From Takakia lepidozioides (Eukaryota > Plantae > Bryophyta), in the NCBI GenBank assembly GCA_030704615.1, contig CM060731.1, positions 85,002,001 to 85,066,000 of the forward strand: DNA of 64,000 nucleotides. Direction: 5' to 3'. This document shows positions 54,101 through 64,000 of this stretch, piece after piece (position 1 is the stretch's first letter; every line of letters begins with the position of its first letter). The notes below the pieces were generated by a model that made no database searches, had not been told where the DNA came from, and was given only the letters and a program-made list of their open reading frames with translations. A program made the translations under genes and the position numbers.

Positions 54101-55243
54101 AAGGGGGATCGTCCGGGAGAGATGGTGAGTTTGCCTTCTTCTTCCTCTTCTTGGTTGTTCTCGGATGGGGTTGTATAGGTCGCTCGAACTCATATGTAGG
54201 GGCCCGATTTTTTTTTTGCTTCTTAGTTCATTGTGGATGTCATGTTCGCAGACTCGTCTATTTGAAGCTGTTTGTCTCGTCCGGGTGCATCCACAAATGA
54301 CTCCGGCCGGCATTACCGAGTTTGCCATCACTCATGGGGCCAAGTTCATAGATGACAGGACAGATCCCCCCACGGATGACATGCATCACAACTATGTCGA
54401 CAACAACGTGTGCTTGCGAAGGGGGAATGGGGTTCCTTGGAGAGCGGCGAGGGAGAGGAGCCCGGCTTTCATTCAACGATTGTGGAGTGCTGCTGCACCT
54501 ACACAGACGCCAGAGTTCTGGATTTGTCGATGGGCACAGGTTTGTCTCTTCAACATTCACATTTCATGAGGTTTGATTGAGCTTGCACTTTCAGCACTTC
54601 CCACTGTTCCGAATGTGTCTTCAATGTCTTCTTCATTCATTCTATTCCACTGCAGGTGCTTCTTACCACGTTTGCAAGGCCAGTGCGCGACATCTCTTTG
54701 GGATTGAAGGGGATGCTGAGATTTACAAGAACCTCCTGATGGGTTTGGGTGGACACACTTCTCAAGTCCTTCCGAAGCCCCGTCCCGTTGATACTGATAC
54801 AGAGGAGACTTCTGACAAGGAGCTGGACTCCGACTTTGCCTGTGAGTAAGTTCAACCTTTGCATGCTTGCATTGTTGTTTCAATATCGAGAATCGTTGTT
54901 CTTGAGGCAAAGTGCACATTGGAGACATCCTCTTTGTTGGACTTGTGCATTGGAGACATCATTGTGTTGCATCAAAAAATGGGGTTTTGTGGACATGTGC
55001 AGGAGTCTGCGTGCTTCCACTTGCCCTCCAAGGCTATCACACCTATTTGGACTTGTTTGCAGTCCTCCTCGGTCTTGCGTGCTACCTGTCTATGCGGAGG
55101 CACTCGCAGCAAGCATGTCCGTTCATGGGACTCCGAGTCCACCTTACGACGGCCTTCGTAGAACACGTGGTGTTGGGGCCAGAACCTTTGTAGATGACAT
55201 AGCACAGGAGGTGGACACTGATTGTGATGACTGCGACACTTGA
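51132..55243 (+). CDS. Spliced cargo gene: N-terminal ParB/Srx-like domain + C-terminal beta-class N4C/N6A DNA methyltransferase-like domain (copy B; several 1-nt frameshifts)
   Basis: ParB-like KIPLCRLV.MPVVR.PLVKDILKLEAEFVHGY...MFHVWDGNHRLLAW (~51290-51600). MTase-like AELIILDIPDG (53835-53867), YWRWVF..FLSNAGVLVLI, RLFEAVCLVR, RERSPAFIQRL..VLDLSMGTGASYHVCKASARHLFGIEGD. GT-AG introns shared with copy A. Confidence 0.72.
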
Positions 55244-55755
55244 TATGAAGTTTTCTTTTGGTTTAATTCTGGGCCAAATTTGAAATGGGATGGTTGTGTG
55301 TCCTTGTTGTCCTGTTTGCAATGTGTGCGTGGCATTCACATTCATGGTTACAAACTATTGTTGGAGATGGGGGTTGCATGGACTGCCTGGATTGTTCCTT
55401 CAATCTATTTGGTGTTTTGTGGACCTCACAGACTTAAGTACATTGCGAAAACAAACAAACCACTTTGGTTCGTGTAGAGCATCCTCGCATCATTTGCTAG
55501 TTGGTCCCCAAACTATTCCTGCTAGAAGAATGGTTGGTGAATCCATCACGGTGAAGTCCACCTCATCAAAAACTGTTCAGGCATTCTCAATTCTACCCAA
55601 ATCAACCCGCGGAAATAGGTGACACCACTCGGAAATAGGTGACATCCGCGGAAATAGGCACTGTTTGCATGCTGACGTGGCGTGAGCCTGTGCTGGGCTC
55701 ACGCTTTCCTGGGCTCACAGGCTCACGCCTCCGGGCTCACGGAATAGCACCCCCC

Positions 55756-57187
55756 ATGATGAGGGAAGAGAGTTCGTAGTGGCTTATGCTAGCCGATCGA
55801 ACAACGTTGCAGAGTCTAAGTATAGCTCATATGAGGGAGAATGCTTAGCTGCAGTGTGGGCCGTGGCACACTTCAGGTGCTATCTATACGGTAATTTCTT
55901 GACCCTTGTCACGGATCACCAACCACTCAAGTGGTTGATGGAGTCAGACAAGCTTACGGGGAAGCTTGCACGGTGGGCACTCATCCTTCAAGAGTATGAC
56001 TTTCAGGTGGTGCATCGACCGGGTTTGGTCAATCGCAATGCAGATGGGTTGAGTCGCAATCCATGCACGAGCCAGCAGGATGACACTGGAGCTCGGTGGC
56101 ATGGTGAGACGGACGAGGAGATGGTGCCCGGATGGCATGCATCTGCATTTCTGTGTATCTTGGCAGCGGAAGGCCAGGTTGGACCTGCAACAGGGATGAC
56201 TGTAGATCAAGTGTCTGAGGACCCTGAGGCCAACAATGAGCAAGGTGGCGCCAAAGATATACATGAGGATTCAGTTGTGTTGGACTACCTCTGCACTGGA
56301 GACACTACAGCCACTGTGACTGCCAAGGAGAGGGATCGGATCCTACAACGAGCCAAGAGGTTCAAGTGGGAGGGGACACCCCTGCTCCGAGTGTGGGAGG
56401 ATGGTCAAGTGAGGATTGTGCCTCACCCAACACAGCGGGCACGGTTAGTGCGGCATGCCCATGAAGAGTTGGGGCATTTTGGGGTGTGACGCACTCATAG
56501 TCTACTGCAAAGGCAGTATTGGTGGCGTGGTATGCATACAGAGGTGCAACAATTTGTGGCTAGGTGCATGGTGTGTGACAGGGTGCGTGCTTCATTCAAC
56601 GCCCCTACTCCACAATTGCACCCTCTTCCGATCATGGGATTGGCCTACAGGTGGAGTCTTGACTTCGCAGGTCCGTTGCCACTGACCATGCGCCACAAAA
56701 GTACGTGTTGGTGATGGTGGAGCACTTCTCCAAGTGGATTGAATTGGTTCCATTGCCTGATAAGGCTAGTGAGGGAGCTGCGTATGCATTCTTGGATTGT
56801 GTGCTTAGCCAATTCGGTTCCCAGCTGAGGGTACTCACGGACCAGGGAGAGAGTTCTTGGGGAGTTTCAGGCTTTGTGTGACAAGGCCTTGATAGACCAC
56901 CGCACCACTTCTCGGGATCATCCTGAGGCCGATGGTTGGCAGAGAGAGTTGTTCAGAAAGTAAAGAGGGGTTTGCGCAAGTATGGCTTGCAGAAGGGACA
57001 CCTAGGAGATTGGGAACCCTGGTTAGCCATGGGCTACAGGTTCAGCAAACAAGCATCACTTGCCTCCTTCTCACCATATTTTCTTCTCTTTGGCCGAGAG
57101 CCGGATTTGCCTACATCCATTTGCAGATAAGCTGCTACAGTTCTTAACCTTGACGATCCGGACGTGTGGGCATGTGCATGTGAGCAG
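55756..57187 (+). pseudogene. RNase H C-terminal part and integrase of the DNMT-gypsy
   Basis: VAYASRS, EGECLAAVWAV, TDHQPLKWL, ADGLSR, HEELGHFG, CMVC, WSLDFAGP, AERVVQKVK. Confidence 0.88.
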
Positions 57188-57687
57188 NNNNNNNNNNNNN
57201 NNNNNNNNNNNNNNNNNNNNNNNNNNNNNNNNNNNNNNNNNNNNNNNNNNNNNNNNNNNNNNNNNNNNNNNNNNNNNNNNNNNNNNNNNNNNNNNNNNNN
57301 NNNNNNNNNNNNNNNNNNNNNNNNNNNNNNNNNNNNNNNNNNNNNNNNNNNNNNNNNNNNNNNNNNNNNNNNNNNNNNNNNNNNNNNNNNNNNNNNNNNN
57401 NNNNNNNNNNNNNNNNNNNNNNNNNNNNNNNNNNNNNNNNNNNNNNNNNNNNNNNNNNNNNNNNNNNNNNNNNNNNNNNNNNNNNNNNNNNNNNNNNNNN
57501 NNNNNNNNNNNNNNNNNNNNNNNNNNNNNNNNNNNNNNNNNNNNNNNNNNNNNNNNNNNNNNNNNNNNNNNNNNNNNNNNNNNNNNNNNNNNNNNNNNNN
57601 NNNNNNNNNNNNNNNNNNNNNNNNNNNNNNNNNNNNNNNNNNNNNNNNNNNNNNNNNNNNNNNNNNNNNNNNNNNNNNNNNNNNNNN
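57188..57687. other. Assembly gap (500 N)
   Basis: Run of N. Confidence 1.
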
Positions 57688-60600
57688 CAAAAACTAGTGA
57701 GGTAAGCGAGCGAGCCGCGAAAGAGACCAAAGAGTGGGGAGCGTCGGACGGACTGCCATCTACCAAAGGGAATTCTCCTAGTCCCAAAGAAGAGGTGGAG
57801 GGTTTAGAAGGAAGCGAGCAAGGGGGGACCGTTATGTCCGGGAGCAGCCGAAGCTCCAAGTTGGCCCGGCGGCCAGGTTGGGAGTCAGGCGCGCGCATCA
57901 AAGCGAGTAACTATGACTTGAAGGGGAGTTACCGGAGTGAGGTGCGCGACATTTGGTATCAGAGCTTAGAGTTCAGTACGCGATCGTCCTGGGATTGGCC
58001 TCATCATGGGGTCGGGCAAGCCGAAGCGAAAGCGGAACGGCCCAAAAGATGATGATCCCGGTGAGCCCGATGGGGGCGACGTGTCACCGAGGCGGCCGTT
58101 TGAGGAAGCGATGAATGTTTCCGAAAACGAGGCCGCTCAGAGCGGGAGGAATCCGAGGAGTCGGAGCCCGAGGAATCCTTGAGAGCTCCGACAAACAAGA
58201 GATGCCTCCCATGCGGCAGCCTTTGGGAAGGGTTGTTGGCGCAGTTTGGCGGGACGTTGAAAGACGTGTTTTGAAGGCGGCTAATGCCACTTCCACTAAG
58301 GCAAAGTTTAAGGTGAAGCCTAAGGAACCCGGCACCTTTGAGGGCGTTCGAAACCGGAAGGCACTCAACACCTGGCTCCTGGAGCTAGAGCAGTACTTCC
58401 GGGCGGCCAAGTTGAGTGACGAGGATCGGGTGGAAGTGGCTCCCACCTATTTGAGGGGCTATGCTCAACAATGGTGGCAGAAACGCCTTCACGACCGAGG
58501 CCCAAGCCCGGAAACCTTGAACTGGAGTGGGTTCAAGGAATTGATGAAGAGACAGTTTGTGCCCCTCAACGCGTCCTGGCTTGCCCGGGACAAGATGAGG
58601 AATTTGAAGCAAACAGATGACATTCGGGGGTATGTCCAGGCTTTCAATGTGCTGTTGCTCGAAGTCGCGGACATGGCAGAACCAGAAATGGTCTTCAACT
58701 TTGGGGGGGGGACTGGCCCCATGGGCCAGGCGGAAGTTGGAGGAGAAGCCACCCAAGACTTTGAACGAGGCAATTGAGAGGGCTGAATGTTTCTCGGATG
58801 TCCCTAGGGGTGAAAGACAAGGCCGTACGGAGCTGAACCACAAGAAGACCCGCGGGAAGGTGACTCCTTCCGACCGGAAAAGAAGTGGGATAGGCCACGC
58901 GGCGAAAATGGCACGTGGAAATCGAAGGGAGGGCCTTCACACGTCAAGGCGGCACCCGGTGCTCCGAAAGGAAAAGCGGGTGGAGCGGCTTATGGCGGAC
59001 AGAAGGCGACCTTTGATGGAGTGTGTTTCAATTGCGGGGAGCCCGGGCACATGGCCAAGAAGTGCACGAAGCCCCGGCAATTGAACATGACTCGGGCGAC
59101 CACGGAGCTGTCGGAAGATACCATCAGTCGTTTGGTGGAAGCGGTGGTCGCCAGACTTGCAAGGTAGGCAACTATTTGTGAGTTGTATCAGGAAACTGGC
59201 GCCTGCGAAAAGGGAGTCAGTTATTGTTCGTGGATGGGATAAATATCCGGAACTAACGTGTCGTTGTTGGTGGACACAGGAGCGTCGCACTCCTTCATGA
59301 CGCCGGCGGCGGCGCGAAAGTTGGGACTCCCGACAAGTGACGTGGGGGCCTCTATTGAGGTGCGCTCTGCCAAAGGAGAACCTCAGTTGGCGACAAGGTT
59401 GGCGTTTGATGTTCCTCTTCAACTGGGGAGTTGGGAGGGACGTGAGAACTTCACTATCTGCGAGATCGATGGAGTGGATCTCATTTGGGGATGACCTTTT
59501 TGAGCAAATCCGGAGCGGTCATAGATGGCCGCAAGAGAGTAGTCACGCTGCCATGTGGGAATGGTGGCGAGGTTTTACGAGTGTCGGAAACGCCCAAATC
59601 CGTGGGAGGGCGAATAATAACCTTCTATCAGCAAAGGAGTGGGCCGTGGAGGAGGCACACGAGTCCCAGTTTTTGCTTTACATTAGAGAAGTGAAAGGAG
59701 AAGGCGATGGGGAGCCGAGCCCAGATTGGATCAAGGGATTTTGGAGAAATACCAGGATGTGATGCCGGAGGATTTACCAAGCGGCTTGCCACCGCGAAGA
59801 GGAGTTGACCACAAGATTGAGGTGATACCGGGATCGGAACCGCCTGCCAAGGCGCCCTACCGGTTGAGCCACAGAGAGTTGGTCGAGCTGAAGACTCAGC
59901 TCAAGGATCTAATGTCAAAGGGGTACATCCGGCCGAGTAAGTCACCTTACGGAGCCCCGGTGCTATTTGCAGACAAGAAGGATGGGACGCTGCGGATGTG
60001 TGTCGATTACAGGGCTCTGAATAAGGTGACTATCAAAAACCGGTACCCTTTGCCAAGGATCGACGACCTCTTCGATCGGTTGGCAGGAGCGAAGTATTTC
60101 AGCCGGATCGACTTGCGCTCCGGCTATCACCAAATTCGGGTGGCGGAAGGAGATGAGGAGAAGACCGCGTGCAGGACAAGGTATGGTTCATATGAGTTCT
60201 TGGTGATGCCTTTGGGCTCACCAATGCACCAGCGACATTTAGCACGCTGATGAACAGCCTTTTCCAGGAGTGGTTGGATGACTTTGTGATCGTGTACATC
60301 GACGACATCTTGGTGTACTCGAAAACAAAGGAGGAGGAGCACCTGGAGCACCTCAAAAGGGTGTTCCAAAAATTGCGAGAAGGGAAGCTGTATGCCAAAG
60401 CTTCAAAGTGCGAATTCGGGGTCACAAAAGTGGAGTTCTTGGGGCATGTGATTACACAGGATGGGATCAAAATGGATGACAGAAAGGTGAGGGCGATCTT
60501 GGACTGGGAGCCTCCGACTTCGGTCCCGGGAGTGCGATCCTTCCTAGGACTCGCCTCCTATTACCGGAAGTATGTGAGAAATTTCGCCAAGATCGCGGGG

Positions 60601-63600
60601 GCCGCTGTCGGACCTTCTGTGTAAATCCAAGTCTGGGTATGGAAACATTTTGTGGCCAAGCTTTTGCTGAATTGAAGCAGCGGATGACGGAAGCTCCAGT
60701 CTTGAAAATCCCGGAGTTCGATCGTCCGTTTGAGATCATACAGATGCATCGGACTTCGCAATTGGGGGTGTACTATGCAAGATGGACGTCCAGTGGCTTA
60801 CGAAAGTAAGAAACTGAATGAAGTGGAGCGACGGTGGCCGACGCACGAAAAAGAGATGAAGGCGGTGGTGCATTGCCTTGAGCTCTGGCGCCACTATGTT
60901 GGTTCCAACCCAGTGAAGGTGTTCACGGACAATGTCACGGTGAAGTATTTTGCCACGCAGCCCAAGTTGTCCCCAAAACAACTTAGGTGGCAAGATACTT
61001 TGGCAGTGTTCGACGTGGATATCCAGTACAAACCGGGACGGGACAATGTGGTGGCCGATGCTTTAAGTAGAAAGCAGCAGCTCTTGTTGGTGTACAAGGG
61101 CGAGACGGCGCTCCAAAGGAAGATCCGGAAGGCTTGCCGGAAGGATGAGCTGGCAAAGTCCGTGATGCAGGACTTGAGGATGGGGGTTAAATCGCAGTTC
61201 CACTTGCAAAATGGACTGCTCCGGTATAAGCAAAAACGTCTCTACGTGCCAAAGGAGGGATCAGGGATAGTCTCTTGAGAGAATGCCATGATAGCCCGCT
61301 TGCGGGCCACGGTGGAGCCAAGCGCACTGCGGCACTCTTGAAGAAAGAGTATTTCTGGCCCAAACTGAGGGAGGAGGCAGAGGAGTATGTAAAGACATGC
61401 ACCACATGCCAACAAAACCGGAGCGAGTATAAAAAGCAAGCGGGGCTGTTACAACCCTTGCCGATTCCAGAGGGGACTTGGGAAAGCGTCTCGATGGATT
61501 TCATGACTGCTATGCCGCTGTCAAAAGGATTCGATGCAATCATGGTGGTGGTAGATAGGTTCAGTAAAATGGCCCATTTCATCCCCACCAAGGAGACGGC
61601 AACGGCGCAGGAGACAGGGCGACTTTACTTCGCCCACGTCTTAAAGCATCATGGAGTCCCGAAGGATATTGTCTCGGACCGCGATCCAAAGTTTACGAGT
61701 AAATTCTGGAGAGCACTTTGGAAGAAGATGGGGACGAGGCTGAAGATGAGCACCGCCTTCCGACCTACGACGGACGGCCAAACGGAAAGAGTGAATTCCG
61801 TAGTGAAGCAATTCTTGCGGAATTACGTGTCGGCAGACCAATCAGACTGGATGGAACACTTAGACGCGGCAGAGTTCTGTTATAATAACACAGAACACTC
61901 CGCAACGGGAGTTTCCCCTTTTGTGTTGGTCTATGGAAAAGCACCTCTGGTGCCGACAAGTTGGGCCGCCCAGGACGTTGAGGAACCGGCAGTAGCGGCG
62001 GTACTGGAAGAACGCGAGCGTTTGTTGAAGCTCGCAAAGTACAACATTGCCAAAGCTAGGAAACGGTATGAAAGGCAGGCGAATCGGAAGCGGAGGGAAG
62101 TGAAGTTTGAGGCAGGCACAGAGGTCTGGTTGAACATCAAAATTTTCGACTACCTCCGGAAGTGAGTCCGAAGTTCGTACCTCCGTATGCGGGTCCCTTT
62201 CGCATTCGGAGGGTTATGAATGAGGATGTGTATGAATTGGAGCTGCCAGCAAACAGCAAGGTGCACCCAGTATTCCATGTCTCCCTTTTGAAGCCTTACT
62301 TCAAAGATGAAGCACGTCCGAATCGGCAGCAAGTGTTGCGTCCGCCACCTATGCTGTTGGATCATGAAAATGAACCTGAGTACGAGGTGGAGGCAATACT
62401 TAAGTCGAGGAGGTTCAAGAACCGAGAAACAGAGTATCTCGTCAAATGGAAGGGCTATCATCTTGTGGAGGCATCTTGGGTGCGTGCCTCAGAAATGGGA
62501 AACGCATCCGAGGCAGTTGCAGCGTTCGAAGGGCGACCTCAAAAGCGGAAGAAACGTTGATGGGGACATCAACCTTGGAGCGTGGGGGAGGAAATGCATG
62601 CTTAGCCCGGTTTAGCTAGCTCAGGAATCCGATTGCAAAAACTTGTATTGTACAAACATTTGTTATAAAGGAAATGGGTTCCAAATATTGTGCGTCCTAT
62701 TGTGTTTGGAATGGTGATGCATGGTGTGTTGGCTAGTGTGTAGAATGCATGCTAGCTTACAAAAGTGGGAGAGGTAAATTGGGTAATCGTGTGTTTGCGC
62801 AGTGCCGAAATCGGGTGACTCCCATCCAGGGGCAAGGAAACTTGCGCCTTCTTTGGGAGTTCACGTGCTAGTGCGCACCTGGCGCGTGCGCGTACTATAA
62901 CTGCGCTACCGAGGGGGTTGCCTTGTAGTGCGGGCTAACGCGGAAGCTACGTGCTTCCGTTCACGTACTATAATCGTGTAGCCTCGGGACGAAGTCGTAG
63001 TGCGGCTTCGACGTGTTCCCGTACCTCAGGCCAGCATTCCAAGGCGGACCCAATTGTAGTGATTGGGGCGCACGGTTGGTTCAAGGTTATCTTCCTAGTC
63101 AAAGAGGGTTCCAGGTGAACCCTTGCTCAAGGTGATGCCAAAAGCGGCATCATGAGCGATCGCAAGCAATGTTGTTGCAGTAAGGCGATTCGATCCTCGG
63201 GGAGGATCGTTCCTTGGCCTTGAAGTAGGCCAAGAAGAGTGCACTGGGAGGAGCTGGAGAGGCTCCACCCTTGGCCGGGACTTGGAGGAAGTCGGCCGAA
63301 CTAGCTAGTGGAGAGTGGAGTCAAGTGTGGGGTTTGGTTCTTTGCCATGGGACGCCATGGTACGGAAACAAACTCCTTGATGTGGGACGCCACAACTTGG
63401 ATGTTCGTTTCTACAAAATGGACAAGTCGATGAGGACATCGACTCCCTGTTGGTAGGGGTGTGTGTCGCGGCCCTTTGCCTTGAGGGCAGGGGGTCGGGA
63501 CACATGAGGGGCTGCCCCTGTGGTGGGGGCAGCGGCAGCGATAGGTATGGGGGGCTGAAGCACCCTTGAGTGCCCAAGGCACTCAAGGAGGCGGAGGCGC

Positions 63601-64000
63601 TCACTAGGTGGAGCCCCGCACACCGGGTTGCGGTGGAGGTGGCTCCACAAGGGGTGGTGGTAGCTTAGTGGGACTTAGTGGGGGTGGCATAGGACTCACC
63701 ATGGGGTGGAGACCTCGAGGTGGGAGTCGTGGGGAGTCTTGGGACTCATCACGGTCCATTGGGGCCGCGGTGAGTGGGCCAAGACTCACCGCGACTCACC
63801 ACCGGGAGTCGAGGGTTTTCGTGGTGGTTCGCCATAAAATGGCATGGCTGGTTATGAAACCCCCGCGGACAGCTACAGAAGTATATATAGGGAGTAGTAA
63901 CCCCGAGAACGGTGCAAGCCCGTTGGTGACCAAAAACTAGTGAGTAAGCGAGCGAGCCGGAAAGCGACCAAAGAGTGGGGAGCTGTTCCGGACTGCCATC
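57688..64000 (+). mobile_element. Chromoviral Ty3/gypsy LTR retrotransposon (partial 5' LTR to 57951; 3' LTR from 62595, running past the window end)
   Basis: PBS tggtatcagagc at 57954; gag with CFNCGEPGHMAKKC; PR LLVDTGASHSF; RT YIDD; RH; INT HHCC + DDE + GPF; chromodomain YEVEAIL..EYLVKWKGY; PPT gtgggggaggaaa before the LTR. Confidence 0.95.
58115..62560 (+). pseudogene. Chromovirus gag-pol (PR-RT-RH-INT-chromodomain), fragmented by many 1-nt frameshifts
   Basis: Successive ORFs at 58115, 59258, 59726, 60250, 60730, 61275 and 62162 give contiguous pol domains. Confidence 0.88.

Larger units (their letters stand above)
36864..55755. mobile_element. ~18.9-kb non-TIR Mutator-like DNA transposon (transposase + palindromic tandem array + ParB-methyltransferase cargo gene)
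   Basis: Flanked by duplicated ATGATGAGG(GA) at 36855 and 55756. Removing the element restores the RNase H frame QVDDEGREFVVAYASR. Ends are only weakly inverted (ggagcgtagctatggcgtgagccc / gggctcacggaatagcacccccc) and carry clustered CGTGAGC motifs. The left boundary is ambiguous by 2-3 nt. Confidence 0.88.
31503..57187 (+). mobile_element. Ty3/gypsy LTR retrotransposon with an internal DNMT3-like methyltransferase (gag-PR-DNMT-RT-RH-INT), split by a MULE insertion and running into the gap
   Basis: gag with two zinc knuckles (CWTCGGPH..DC, CGHCGKYGH...C); protease VLLDSG (~33690); DNMT at 34411-35345; RT ([19 protein letters not shown]); RNase H resumes at 55756 (DEGREFVVAYASR, TDHQPL, ADGLSR); integrase HHCC and core to 57187. 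Confidence 0.9.

Noticed and set aside
51132-55243. Bacterial or phage contamination as the source of the ParB-MTase gene
   Set aside because: The gene has GT-AG introns conserved between two copies and lies inside a TSD-bounded eukaryotic transposon nested in a plant retroelement.
57034-58052. Long ORFs containing X runs
   Set aside because: They span the N gap.

Overview
Eukaryotic, intron-containing DNA from a land plant that looks moss/bryophyte-like (inferred from gene structure and TE types). A small host-gene island at about 9.7-20.7 kb holds an alkaline alpha-galactosidase/seed imbibition (GH36) gene, a 2H cyclic phosphodiesterase and TIM17. Nested transposons surround it. The most striking object is an ~18.9-kb Mutator-like (MULE) DNA transposon (~36864-55755) with a target-site duplication and no long TIRs. 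It carries three parts: (i) a GCM-like/MULE/SWIM transposase; (ii) an ~8.7-kb array of ~116-bp units, each containing a perfect 18-bp-arm palindrome; (iii) a divergently oriented, spliced cargo gene whose product has an N-terminal ParB/Srx-like domain (DGNHR) and a C-terminal beta-class N4-cytosine/N6-adenine DNA methyltransferase-like domain. A second, diverged copy of the same cargo gene and element end lies at 1-2429, and a third family relic (transposase) lies at 3716-5350. The MULE is inserted into the RNase H of a Ty3/gypsy retrotransposon that itself encodes a DNMT3-like C5 cytosine methyltransferase between protease and RT. Other content includes two chromoviral gypsy copies in inverted orientation, a TRIM, MITEs, a CACTA end, tRNA-like repeats and a RING-H2 pseudogene. 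There is a 500-N gap at 57188-57687. Many single-base frameshifts fall in homopolymers and may be assembly errors. All domain calls were made by eye from motifs; no database searches were run.
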